NCBI GenBank assembly: GCA_002269645.1
Contig: NIVC01001258.1
Coordinates: forward strand, 1 to 64,000
Source of the DNA: Macrostomum lignano
Taxonomy: Eukaryota
DNA: 64,000 nt
Reading direction: 5' to 3'
In this document: in pieces, positions 51,301-63,812 of the stretch
Layout of the letters: every line of letters begins with the position of its first letter
How positions within the stretch are numbered: the stretch's first letter is position 1
Translations under genes and position numbers: made by a program
The notes under the pieces: model-generated
What the model saw: the letters and a program-made list of their open reading frames with translations, nothing else
Databases searched by the model: none
What the model was told of the DNA's origin: nothing

Positions 51301-52001
51301 ACACCACTAGCTGATAGCAAACCAAATGTTATGTAAAAAACCTGAAAACGTTCATGGATGAACATCCCGAGGTTAATTGCTGTACACTTTGAATTCAGAT
51401 TTTCTAGGTCTTTCCGTCAATGCTTGTATTGCTTTTGAACGTCGTAACTTTTCAAGCCCGTGTCGATCTGCAAACCGATTCCGCTGAGGCCATTGCATCT
51501 GCACTACGGTTGTTCTATGGAACCTTCAGGAAGCGTGACGGCAACCTTCTGGCACCGTCTACTCTGATTTGTATGCGAGCGGCATTGTACCGACATCTGA
51601 TGAAGACCAGGCGAATGAATATCATTTCCAGAGAGTTCTCTAATGCCAATGCGACCTTGAAAGCACTGGCTCGTAGTTTCATCAATGCAGGTGGTAGATC
51701 TAAACATTTTGAAGCCCTGGAGGAGGACGATTTGCGCAAACTGGCCGCCTTACTTCAGCAGAGAAATTTGCGACGGTGTTGTTGCACGAAGTAATTTACA
51801 ACTGCATCTATTACTTTGCAAATCGGGGACGCGAGTGACATTTAAGAACTCAAAACCAAGTATTGAATCCTATATTCCGTTTCTGCGAAATACTACGACA
51901 TCGTTAATAAATGATAATACATTTAATGTACGCTTTTTCGTTGGCGCGAGATGCGGAGTGACCATAGGATTTAATGCACGCTCTTCGACATTGCAATCGT
52001 G
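48366..52001 (+). mobile_element. Truncated Crypton-like (tyrosine recombinase, CryptonA-type) element
   Basis: Remnant coding at 51150-51840: NTT..QTK, LRLFYGTFRKRDG..STLICMRAALYRHL, and frameshifted IYYFANRGRE (first catalytic Arg region), then truncated. TCGTG occurs at both junctions with the mariner (48361-48365, 51997-52001). Confidence 0.65.
49089..50635 (-). mobile_element. Internally deleted hAT-like DNA transposon with a 5-bp TSD
   Basis: Perfect 13-bp TIR CAGGGTGACCGCG. TSD CCCTG (49084-49088, 50636-50640). Subterminal TTCCCTGAC repeats. Transposase C-terminal exon ~50218-49453 with HGNAAVERGFSVNK. Confidence 0.82.
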
Positions 52002-54033
52002 TTACAATGATCGTCGCGTGACCCTTCGGCAACTTGAAGATTATAGACTGGAGATAACCCATGAAGAGCATTTATCGCAGCATTGCTAATCATCTCAACA
52101 TGACACGAGTTGTTGCTCGATGGGCCCCAAACTCCTGACACAGGCCCAGCTGCTGGAGAGAGCCCATATCTGCAACCAACTTCCGAATGCTTATCGAAAC
52201 GAGCCTGACTTTCTTGGTCGCCTAGTGACTGGTGATGAATCATCGTTTCACTACTACGAGCATGAACCAGAGACCAAGCAGCAGAGTAGCACAAGGAAGG
52301 CACATGATAAAGCCTCACTTGTCAAGGCCAAGACTGTACAGTCTGCTGGGAAGCGCACGACAACAGTCTTTTGGGACAGAGAAGGCATCTTGCTAATTGA
52401 ATGGCTACCGGAAGGAAGAACCATCAATGCTCAGTGTTACTGTGAAATCATGGAGCGGCTGCATGAAAAGATCAAGAGTGAGCGCCGTGGAATGATCGCT
52501 ATAGGGGCATAGTGCTGCAACATGACAATGCCAGGCCACATACTTGCAATGCAACTCTGGACAGCATCAAGAGACTAGGCTTTGAGCTTCTGCCTCACCC
52601 TGCCTATTCTCCTGACCTGGCCCCCAGTGAATAGTACTGGTTGTTTCCTAAAATGAAAGAGCCACTTCGTGGTCACTGCTATGAAAGCCTTCCTGCTCTT
52701 GGCTCTGCAATCAACCAGTAGTTGTGAAGTGTCTTTGCCCAGGGCATCAACAAGTGTGGCATTGATTATTAAGAGTTCCTATTTTACTTGTTTATGTAGT
52801 ATTTGTCAGTGAAATTATGACACAACCCTTGTATTAAGTGGACAAGGAAATTTTTCTTTAGCAAAAGCAAAACTTTAGATGCAATAATATATATCTAAGA
52901 TTTAGCATCATGAACTTTATTGTTCAACTGCAATAAAAACTGGAACTATTTTCTATCTAAGGACACAATTTTAGTTAACTTGTAATTAGTTTTCTAATAA
53001 AATTATACCAAATAAAAAATACTAGAATTCTATATCCAGGAGCCAAGAGCTATATCTTCAGGAATAAAAAAGCACTTAGTAAATTGACATTGAAGTTGGC
53101 ATGAATTGTTTTATACAATTTGAGCTCTTTAATAAACATATTCAATAAATTATTATAACAAACATTTTTATTATCCTATAGACTATACTTATAGCTATTT
53201 TTTATCTCTTTTTGTCCTATGGTTATGATTTTTCTACTATTAACAATAACAAAACCTTGTCATGCAAAATCAGGCTTTTTGTATATAGTTTTTTTTTAAT
53301 ATCACCTAATCAATAATCTTATGCTATATTCCTAGAATAGGAAATTTCCTAGTGACTGACCAGTGAGCTCTTGGGATAGTAGAATAAAGCACAAGATAAT
53401 GTATGATAGTAGCTATTGAGGACTACATAATTGTGACCATGCTGCCTATCCTAATTTGCTAGGTCTATGTATTTGCTAGGACATACATTTTAACCAACAG
53501 CTAGCAAGCCTATAAATAACTCTAGAATCATGCTGCTTTCAACTATCATTTAAATTTTGTAGGACTGATTTGTCCTAGGGATCTTTTAGGGACCTAGAGG
53601 TTTCTAAAATCCATTTAGAAACCTTTAGGCCCTACTGAATAAATCACTATTATATATGTTAAGCTATATGTAAATACTTTAAAACATGCTTGACAAACAT
53701 TTTCTTGTTATACATTATTTGTTAGTCATATCTATTCTTTTTATTTTATTTATTTGCCTTATTTTCTTAATATTTTGGTACAAATTTTGGGTTTAACAAA
53801 TGGTAAGAATTCTAAAATAAGCCTATTTTAAATTGAAACATAAAAATACAAGTTAAATAGACAAATAATCTTGCCTTTTTACACAAATATACATATATAT
53901 ATATATTCTAGTAGGCCTAACTATTAAACATTACTTTGACTTAAACAAGCAAAGTTGTATGCTGCATATGCTAGACCTAGCTATCTCAATGTATACTATG
54001 AATATATATTAAGTATGCAAGGGAACCCTTATA

Positions 54034-55745
54034 CTGTGGCACATAATGAAATAAGACTACTAAGTAAAATTATTTTATCTTTGCCATACTGGTCTTTAAG
54101 CTACAATAAATTCAAGTACTAAATTGGAAGTGAAGCTTGTAGAAATATTAATTTTTGTTATTTGTATGGTATTTTTGTTTAAATTCCAGCAGGCTTAAGT
54201 TCAAAAGGCTCAAAACTTCTTCGAATCAAAGCCAGCTAGTTTCTACAGTGATGGTATCAAAATTCTGCCAGAAAAAATGACAACATAGATAAATGAGTTT
54301 TAGGTTTAACATTGAAATAAGACCATAGATAAATACTAGGGAAATAAATAAAGCAAACATCACTGATACCAAACTATCTACTCTAATATTTTGTAGCATG
54401 TCTTTTTGACTAAATCACAGCATTGCACTGCCTAGGCATACTGTCCACTAGCTTATGGCACACTTCTGCTGCAATAGAAGCCTACAAGTCTTTAATGACA
54501 TGGTATAGCTGACCAAGTGAAGCTGGCTGCTGCTTCTAGATGTCCCGCTTGACCCAGTTCCACAGATTCTCAATCGGATTGAGGTCTGGTGACTATGCTG
54601 GCTAGTCCATGGTGTGGATGTTGTTATTAGCAAGCCATACCTTCAAAACCTTGGTGTGCTTTGGATTGTTGTCTAGCTGAAACTGCCAGCTGTGCACTAG
54701 ACTTGTTGGTGGCGCATCTGCTGCCTTTGGTAGGTGGCTGCTAAGGATGTCACAGTACTTCTGACTATCCATGATGCCTTCAATACAAGTTATTGGCCTA
54801 GGTCCAGCTCTGGAGAACATAGCCTAAACCATGACATTGCCAACTCCATGCTTCATGGTACCAACAGTGCATCTAGGATCGAATTCCTCACTAGCTCAGT
54901 GAACATACTAGCAGCCATCAGAACCAGTGTGGAAAAATTTGCTCTTGTCACTCCAGATGGTCTTGGCCCAGTCCTGGTGTCCAGCTTGCATGCTGCTTTG
55001 CCCAGTTCAAGTGCCACTTCTAGTTCTTGTTGGAGATAAATGGCCTCTTCCTAGCAATGTGGCCATGTAGTCCAACAGCTACCAAATGGTGGCAGACAGT
55101 CATGGGGTGCAGCTGAACACCACTGGACACCAAAAGTTCACAGCTGATGTCCATAGCAGTGAGCCAATGGTTGGACTTGGGCATTCACACAATGTGGCAA
55201 TCCAGTCGGTGGTTAGTTTTTGGTGCCCTGCCAAGTCTTGGGGCACAACCTATGCTGCCAGTGCTACTGAGGGGCTTGAAAGCTTGCTGGATAGACATTT
55301 TTGACTTTCTTAGCTGCATGGCTATGGCACGCTTAGAAACTCCTTGGTCAAACAGGGCCTTGATTTTCCTACATGACTCAGGCAATAGAGCTCTGCCTTT
55401 CCCTATTCTAAAAGAGTTCGAGAAAACTTTTTGTTTAGAATAGTATTTAATTAGATGTTTTGGACTTTTAGAATCAGCAGGGACACTTTTGTAGCACCTT
55501 ATAGCCCAATTAATTAAGTGGTCTTATTATTGTGTGACTTATTGAATTCAAAAGTGAGACAAGGGACTCCAATTAAGTATACTCAATTGCGTGTAGTGAC
55601 CCAACACATCACTGATTTAATTGATTGATACCATGGTTATCTATATCTGATTAGATCAAATTGCTCCTGCAATCTGTGTAGGTTATAAAGTAAAAAGTTC
55701 GAATTTATGTTAGTTGGTTTAGTCTTAATTCATTGTGCACCACTG
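54034..55745 (-). mobile_element. Degenerate Tc1-like transposon, 1.7 kb, with transposase pseudogene (~55390-54390)
   Basis: TA-flanked TIRs CTGTGGCACATAATGAAATAAGACTA / CAGTGGTGCACAATGAATTAAGACTA (21/26). Remnants GRAPKT, FQLDNNPKHT and SPDLNPIENLW, with many stops. Confidence 0.85.
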
Positions 55746-58586
55746 TATATGCTAGAATTTTTTATGACAAAGGTAACATTAATTATGGGATAGGCTTTTG
55801 CTAAACCTATGTATGATTCAAAATAATAATAATAATAGCCAATTATAATACTCTTAGGAATAAAAAGCTTAAAAAGTTTTAATCATTACAATAGACTCTA
55901 TATAAACAAACTAGTATTATAGATTAAGCTTATACCATACTCTAGAAACCAAAAGATGTTATTTAAGCCTATGCCAGAATTTTCTGGGATGCATTTTAAA
56001 ACCTCCTATGCAATAGGAGGTTAGGAGGTAGCCTATGCAAATGAAAAAATATATAGTAGTTTATTTGCAGTGATATATTATAGGATTGCTATGCAGTATA
56101 TATATCATAGTATACTAAGTATATATGCATATTATACATGATTGCTTATGAAAGATGCACAATCTCCTCTCACCTCCCTGGTCTATTGGTATACAATCTC
56201 CCCTCCTGGCTATTTTTTTGGTATTGGTAGGCCTATGCATATATAAATTTGGTCTGGGACATTTGCTACATTCTAGTAGGCTGTAGGCCTAGGCCTATAC
56301 ACCAAGCCAAGCATGATCTAGATTCTGGACTAAGCCTATGTTGCTTATACATATAGGCATACACTATGCCTAAGAAAATTTCTTACTTGTTGTTGTTACT
56401 AAATACAATGGATAAATTTTTAAACTTCATTTGATTTACTTAAAGTTTTTGAACCCAATATTTTTAGGAGTTGTTGATGAACCTATGATTGTATTTGTAG
56501 AGCACTAGGATTGCAGGAATTCTTAATTCTAGGACTGTTATTTACCAAAGTTTTTTTAATGCTCATGTCATTGTCATGTGATGTCTGAATGTTATGCCTA
56601 TGCCTATTAGTTAGTCAGTACCATTACATATATATAATGATATAACTAAGTAAACAAACAATGAATAAGAATAAATGCATATTTGCATGTAATCCAAAGC
56701 CATATAATACAACTTCCTCTTTTGATTTGTCTTCAGCTGTAATGCCTGAAGACAATGTGATAGTTACGGCAGTGATTTTTGTAAAAACGAAACTGAAACA
56801 AAAATTGAAATATGCATTTAATTAATTTGACACGTGTAACACGACAGTTAAAAACGTGTAATAAACTTGTGTATATAAATAATAGTAGAAGAGTAAAAGG
56901 CAATAAACTTTTTTGGCAGCTGTTTTATTAGGGATTTCATTAAAATGTAATAGTAAAAATTGTTAAACGAGAAGAAACTAAAATATTTTTGTTTAGCTTT
57001 AATCATTTTCCGGTAAAGCAGTTTTTAAGAATCACACATGAGCAGCAGCTTCAGCTTATCAGATTCGAAGCATGAAAAGTTGCAATCTCGTGTACTGTTT
57101 TGTATGTTGAAGTGTTGCATTTGCAATTTATACACGTAGAAGCTACTACACTTTTTTTAGACCATGATGTCTCAGTTTTGCATGGTTTGCTCATTTGACT
57201 CTTGGTGAATTTTGCTCGAGTACTGCATTCATTTCTGTACTTGTGGTTTAATTTTACAAGGAACTAATGAACTATTTAATTTTTTCACCTTGCAGCCCAC
57301 AATAAATACACTCAAGTTCTTAACAAACATCTGGAAGTCAATTGACGTTTATTTATTAGGGGTTACCGACTTTTATTGCTGTGTTGGACTTGCGCATGGC
57401 GATCAGTTTCTTAATTACATGTAAGTTGCCGTTTTCAAGCAGCGCACGTACACACTTGACTTGCATGTAAATTTTAATTGAGATCAGAATATTTATGCAC
57501 ACGAGCATAAAAGTAATTTGCGCATATAACAACTGAGTTAATGAAGTCTTCGGTTTGACGTCCTTGAACTAAATTCAAGATTTTTATATGAAATTTTTCG
57601 AAGCATGAACACCAAGTAACTGCAGCAGTAACTAAGCTAATAAAATTGCTGGTATATGCATGCATTTAGTGCAGCAATTATCGTATTGCGGTAATTTGCT
57701 TTGTGCATGGGTTTAGCAACAGAGAGCTGGTTAGGTAATTTAAAGTTGTCACGATTCGGATGATCTGCATTTTAAAAACCATCCGCACTCGTCGTACATG
57801 TATTAATATTGTAACACATGTACGAGAGTAAATGCACGTACATCTACAAATATATGCATGGCTACAATTCACAGGGGCGTCACCATAGATTTTATTGTGG
57901 GGGAAAAGCCAGGAATTCTATATGACTAAATTCCAGTATTTTCGCGGTGTTGTCAGCAGTTGGCACCGCATACATTCATTTTGGCGCCGAATGCGCTATA
58001 ATTTTTGGCGCCCTGAAGCAAAATTATTGGATTTCCATAACGGGTCACAAAGGTGGAGCGGGAGTTACGTAAAAGGCATGTATTGTTGGTCTGTCACAAT
58101 AGCTTTATTTATTGGGAGGGACATGCCCCCTACTGTCCCCACCCCCACCCCGGTTTAACGCTCCTGTGGCTACAAGCATATTAATGTCTGGCCTCTTTGC
58201 TGAATACCAGTTCCCTCTACGGTTGTTTTAGACTTTTAATTCAGAGCTCATTGCTATCTATTGAAAGACCATAAAATTAGTACATTTACATGCAACCATT
58301 ACACTCCACTCTAGTACAAAGTATACATGTAATTGGCTTTCATATGCAATGTAAAATTTTATTTTTTAGACTCGTTTTATTTTAAAGAATAACTAGAAAA
58401 AAGGGAAATCTTCAAACCAATCGAATCCAAGAATAGACTAAAAAACTTATAAGGCATGAGTAGAAACTGTTTTTTTTTCAGTTAGTTTCTGAGCGTATAG
58501 TTCAGGCAGTCCCGTGTTACGTACAAGCGTAAGTTATAGTGAAAACGTTCTAGCTTTCGAAGAAAGAGCAAAGAGAAAGAAAGAGC

Positions 58587-60059
58587 ATGGCAGCTCTTGA
58601 TCAATGGAAGGCGGCAGCTGACAAAGGATTACTTGATCGCGGTGCAGTCTTTAACAAACTCAGCACTGCTAGAGCTGCAACAGAGGATTTAACTCTGTTC
58701 GAGCGACCAATAAAGCTTGAAGCAACTACTTCCAAAAACTGCTCTAACTATACCGAGCTAGCCGTCGGGACCGCAGCTTCCCGATCAGACAGGAACAGCG
58801 CAGCTACTAGTCAATGCTCTGAAGTCAAATATTCTCCTCAGAGCAGCTCAAACAGAGTCAGCCAGCAAAGCAAGTCTGCACTGGCAGCAGTACATCCAAA
58901 AAGTATCGGAATGAAAAAGCAGCCCTGCCAAAGCAACGGCGATTACTCGCAGCAAAGTTCGAGCAGTCTATCAAGCGATTCGGAAGGATCGCGAGATCAC
59001 GCCCGAGGTAGCGTTGTGCGTCGCAAAAAGTCTCGAAGCAGGTCGACCGGAAGATCATCGGATCGAAGTGTTCACGCTGGGCATCGACGCAGATTTCGAA
59101 GAACCCCATCGGTCTCCAGAGACAACAGCTTTAGCGGAGACAGCCAGACTCTCAGTTACAGATCGAGTTCCAAAAACAGCTTCAGCGGCAAATCTTCTGG
59201 ATCAACAAGCGAATCGTCAAGGTCAACGAACCGAACGTCAGTTCGGAGGAGACGCTTCCTCAAAAGATTGCAATCAAGCAGACATCTGCACTCCCGAGAA
59301 CGAACCCGTGAGCAGTCAAGATGTACGAGCACATCTTGCGACAGATCATCATCTAGGGATACATATAGAAAAAGATGGTCAGCATCTAGCGACAGAACCC
59401 GTGACACATCTTATGAAAGAGCATCATCATACAGGGATAGTTGTCGCGATAGTTCAACATCATCCACAGATAGATCCATTGAGAGATCAATCAGATTTCG
59501 AGACAGATTATCACCACCGTCAGGTGACAAAACGTACTCCAGAGACAGATCACGTCAGTCTCCGGCTTCCAGATCCAGCAGCAACAACCGCACCAGCTCC
59601 ATGTCTATAGACAGCGGATCTAGCGAGCCAATGAAATCAAAAGACGGACGCAGCAAGCATGCAACGCCTCTAACTAGAACAGAAACTCGTGGAAGAACTT
59701 CAGAGGACGAATTCCGGAGATCGAGATCGCCACCCAGAGAAGATTTCAAGGAGAAACGTCGTGGTTCGTACACTCATCGGAGAGGTCGTCGCAGATACTG
59801 CTGTCGTTGCCGCTGTCACCCCAGCAGAAGAAGCAGGAGCAGGGGCAGAGGGCACGGAAGCAGACTTGTTGCAGAAGCTTCAAACCCTGCAGCATCTGCT
59901 CAGGCACGCTACCGACGTCAGGTGAACGTTCAACTTACAAAGACGGATTCGAATGCTCCGAAGAGTGAGGCTGAAGTGACGCTGGATTTGCTGCTGAGGC
60001 AGTCAAACGCGATACCTTCGTCAAAGCTATCGTCACTGCTGCAGCTGTCCATACCTTAA
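58587..60059 (+). CDS. Intronless Ser/Arg-rich low-complexity protein, 490 aa, function unknown
   Basis: 1473-nt open frame with an ATG in purine context (GAGCATGG), not a tandem repeat, flanked by AT-rich DNA. No domain recognised. Confidence 0.6.
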   Translation: MAALDQWKAAADKGLLDRGAVFNKLSTARAATEDLTLFERPIKLEATTSKNCSNYTELAVGTAASRSDRNSAATSQCSEVKYSPQSSSNRVSQQSKSALAAVHPKSIGMKKQPCQSNGDYSQQSSSSLSSDSEGSRDHARGSVVRRKKSRSRSTGRSSDRSVHAGHRRRFRRTPSVSRDNSFSGDSQTLSYRSSSKNSFSGKSSGSTSESSRSTNRTSVRRRRFLKRLQSSRHLHSRERTREQSRCTSTSCDRSSSRDTYRKRWSASSDRTRDTSYERASSYRDSCRDSSTSSTDRSIERSIRFRDRLSPPSGDKTYSRDRSRQSPASRSSSNNRTSSMSIDSGSSEPMKSKDGRSKHATPLTRTETRGRTSEDEFRRSRSPPREDFKEKRRGSYTHRRGRRRYCCRCRCHPSRRSRSRGRGHGSRLVAEASNPAASAQARYRRQVNVQLTKTDSNAPKSEAEVTLDLLLRQSNAIPSSKLSSLLQLSIP

Positions 60060-61149
60060 ATTCAGCCGTATGCTTGCATATTTTTCTTTGTAGCTGGTCC
60101 AAGAGTACCCTTATTGGTCGTACGTTTGCTTTTTTTCTGCCGAATGTTGTCATAAATTCAATCTAGAAAGTACAGTCGGAAAATTGAAGAATGAAGAGTA
60201 TCGACATAGTAGCTATATAAGTCTGAAGAGTTTAAAGTAGACTTCTCATTCAAATTACAGTGTCAACGCAATGTCTGTGGCCAGAAAGGTCATTCTACGC
60301 GTTATAAATAAGATGGATAATTCCATTTAAAACCAGCATAAAGTGTAGAAATAGAGTTCTGTGTCCAGAATACCCACAGGGCTTTACTGTCTGTCAATCT
60401 GACTGACGAAAGTCTTGCAAGTCAATAAAAACAAGTTCAATGCCTTTAAAGTGCACTGTATCTGCTTGTACATCATGTTGGCTATGCTACGAGCATTCAA
60501 TGATTCAGTTTTGGCCACAGACATATTTCAGCATACCATTGTAACTTCGGCTCTTGAATAGGAGATCGAGACCAAAATTTTCGGCAATCAAACTTCGAGA
60601 CATTCAATTTAGAACTACAATTTGGTGTAAGGCAAAACTGTTCACTCACATGAGTAGTTGGTAAGCGTACGAGCGCGAATGGTTTCTAGGAATTAAAAAA
60701 ATTAAGTCTCTAAGAATCGATAAATACCTTCAGAAGTGTCGTTACAATTATTGAATTTTTTCAGTTCCAATTCTGCATTCCTTTAAAAGCAGAATAACTT
60801 TGAAATATTTCCCTCATTTTTTCTTCGTCCTGGATTTCGGAAAGTTGTCTAAATTTCCCTTAAAACAGTTATTTGCGATATTCTCTGTCTTTTATGCTGG
60901 CAAAACAACATTCCATTAAATAAAAAAACTATTGAAACAACCGATTGATTCAAGAATATAATTTAAAAAATAGAATGCTTAACTGTTAAATAATTTATTA
61001 ACCAATTATACACGAAATGCTAACAATTTGAAACTGTTTTGACAGAATCCAATATGTTATTCGCAAATTGGCGAAATGCAAAATGTGTAAACTTTAATCA
61101 GACCATTAAATAATTGTATTGAAATTATTAGCTAATTCATTAGCTAACT

Positions 61150-61506
61150 AAGACTCGACTCAGATTCAACTCGGAATCGACTCAGAATCGACTCAGAATC
61201 GACTCAGAATCGACTCAGAATCGACTCAGATTCAACTCAGAATCGACTCAGATTCAACTCAGAATCGACTCAGATTCAACTCAGAATCGACTCAGATTCA
61301 ACTCAGAATCGACTCAGATTCAACTCAGAATCGACTCAGATTCAACTCAGAATCGACTCAGATTCAACTCAGAATCGACTCAGATTCAACTCAGAATCGA
61401 CTCAGATTCAACTCAGATTCAACTCAGAATCGACTCAGATTCAACTCAGAATCGACTCAGATTCAACTCAGAATCGACTCAGATTCAACTCGGAATGGAC
61501 TCAGAC
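61150..61506. repeat. 11/22-bp minisatellite (GACTCAGATTCAACTCAGAATC)
   Basis: Direct observation. Confidence 0.96.
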
Positions 61507-61543
61507 TTAACAACCTCCTCCTCACACAAGCTCAACAATGTCC

Positions 61544-62669
61544 TCAAGCCTTCGCCCCAGTCAGCTCAGCGCCGCCTCCATCCGGCAGCAGCTTCGCCGG
61601 CAGTCCGGCCAGCCTCCGGCGCAGCAGGCTGCAATTCTCGGTCAAAAACTCGGCCAGCAGCAGCCGCTTGGCCGGGGAGTCGAGCAGACGCAGCCAGCGC
61701 GGCTGGACAGCCAGCGACATCAGCGCCCTGGCCAGCGGGACGCTTCGTCGAAGCCGTTCGTCGGCACCGTACCGAGGCCGCAGGTCGACTAGCAGGCGGT
61801 GAAGATCCTCGCCAAGATGCGGCGTCGGCGTCTCATCTTCGACGCCTTCCAGACAGGCGAGCAGCAGTCGAAGCCAGCCGGCTTCAAAGCTGGCAAGGTC
61901 GTTGATGGTCATCGGCGGCGGCTGGCGGCACAGGGCGGCGAGCAGCTGCAGCATGGCGCCAGCCGCGGTGGCCAGATCGCAGAGGAGCGCCGCGGCTGCT
62001 CCGCAGTTGCCGCTGGCGCCGACGACGCTGATGCGACAGGCGTCAGCAGCGGAGGCGGCCGCCGCGGGCAGGAGGCCGGCGGCGAGGCAGGCGGGCCGAG
62101 CGGCAGCCAGGCCGCTGAGCATCTCGGAGGTGCGGCGGTCAAGCGGCAGCGAGTGGCGGCGACAGTCGAAAAACGCCCGACCGAGCGATGGCAGGATGGC
62201 GGCGGTCAGGCGCTGGTCGGGCAGGTCGGGCCAGGACGGCAGCTGGGCGAGGGCGTCGGCCAGGGGAATCAGCTCGGACTCGACAGCGGCTGCAGGGTCT
62301 GGGGAATGAGGAGGGGGCGACGGCGCCTTGACCGGGTTAGCGGCCAAGATCCCTATTCCCAAATCTACTCCCCGCTTCCCCAACCCATCTGATACCTGGC
62401 ACCCTTATGGGCTGATCAGGTGCCTCATCAGAGGCAGCAGCTTCGCAAGCACCTCCACCATCAACAGCATCTTCCATCTGGCACTCTTCATCCGAATGGT
62501 CAAGTGCGTCCATCAGCTGATCGCAGAACCGTCTATGGTCGATCTGGCAGCTACACGACTCCACTGAGCGTTGACTCGAAGCCGCAACCTTAATAAGCTG
62601 ATCTTCATTATCATCAGCAGGCTGGCTGTCAATCACAATTACAATTGGTTCGTTGTCGGATTGCGCCAT
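61544..62669 (-). CDS. Two-exon uncharacterised helical protein (~342 aa); exons 62669-62396 and 62298-61544
   Basis: ATG at 62669. Phase-1 GT-AG intron of 97 nt (CCAG|GTATCA..CCCCAG|AC) joins ORF 62337-62669 to ORF 61544-62383 in frame. GC-rich codons, Leu/Ala-rich helices. 3' end uncertain. Confidence 0.7.
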
Positions 62670-62864
62670 TTCATAACAGCTGAATAGAGTGCAGGTAGTA
62701 ACTGCAGCAAATTCACGTTTTGAATATTAAATACCAACATCTTCGCTGACTATAGGTATGAAGATTGTTTAACCGTTTGCCTCTCGTGAATGTGTCTAAT
62801 AAACTGCACGAACAGAAGACCAACTCGATAGAACCGGTAATCGATTATGACTTGGAATCGACTC

Positions 62865-63128
62865 GTGCGTGTACTCAATTTAGACTCAGACTTGGACTCA
62901 GGCTCAACTCCGACTCGATTCTGACTCACTCAGACCTCGGGCTCAACTCCGACTCGACTCTGACCCACTCAGACCTCAGACTCAACTCCGACTCGATTCT
63001 GACTCACTCAGACCTCAGACTCAATTCCGACTCGACTTAGACTGACTCTGACTCAGGCTTAACCTTGACTCGACTCTGACTCACTCAGACCTCGGGCTCA
63101 ACACCGACTCGACTCTGACTCACTCGAG
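62865..63128. repeat. Degenerate 39-bp minisatellite (CTCAACTCCGACTCGACTCTGACTCACTCAGAC..)
   Basis: Period 39 (62902 to 62941); core related to the 61150 array. Confidence 0.85.
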
Positions 63129-63474
63129 CTTAAACCACAGATACTAAACATATACTCGTAGTTCACTCAACACTATATTTAGCTCGTATGTGTCTATTTG
63201 ACTTGCTAATTATCTGATGCTAATGGATTAATTATAGATAATTACATTACTTTACATTACATTACATTGAATAATTGAATAGTGACTAATGAATAACTGT
63301 TTGCAGGTTTGAAACTGAACAGCAGATTAAGACTGGCTGGGAGGTCACGGACCCCAATGCCCCTTCAGCCTTGCTGAGGCCTTCGACAAGTGAATGATGA
63401 GGTGGCAGAGGTGCAGAGAGAGAGAGAGAGAGAGAGAAAGCCGGAGATTTACAGATCAAGATTTTCAGAAGTGT

Positions 63475-63812
63475 GTAAGCTATTCTGAATTGGGTCTGTA
63501 AGCGATTCTGAATTGGGTCTGTAAGCGATTCTGAATTGGGTCTGTAAGCGATTCTAAATTGGGTCTGTAAGCGATTCTGAATGGGGTCTGTAAGCGATTC
63601 TGAATTGGGTCTGTAAGCGATTCTGAATTGGGTCTGTAAGCGATTCTGAATTGGGTCTGTAAGCGATTCTGAATTGGGTCTGTAAGCGATTCTGAATTGG
63701 GTCTGTAAGCGATTCTGAATTGGGTCTGTAAGCGATTCTGAATTGGGTCTGTAAGCGATTCTGAATTGGGTCTGTAAGCGATTCTAAATGGGGTCTATAA
63801 GCGATTTGTAAG
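63475..63812. repeat. 23-bp minisatellite (GGGTCTGTAAGCGATTCTGAATT)
   Basis: About 14 visible units. Confidence 0.96.

Larger units (their letters stand above)
47934..52831 (+). mobile_element. Degenerate mariner transposon (~1.26 kb after removing the insert), split by a 3.6-kb nested insertion
   Basis: TA-flanked TIRs CGAGAGTCGTGTCATA / CAAGGGTTGTGTCATA. N-terminal HTH (RTVSKWFQRFE..DDASRSGAP, ~48200-48360). C-terminal part DRRVT..GPKLLT..LVTGDES..VFWDREG..HDNARPH..HPAYSPDLAPSE (52005-52740) with stops and frameshifts. Confidence 0.88.

Noticed and set aside
57871-58171. hAT-like MITE (CACAGGGGCGT / ACGCTCCTGTG)
   Set aside because: TIR only 10/11 and TSD ambiguous (GCTACAATT vs GCTACAAGC); insufficient support.
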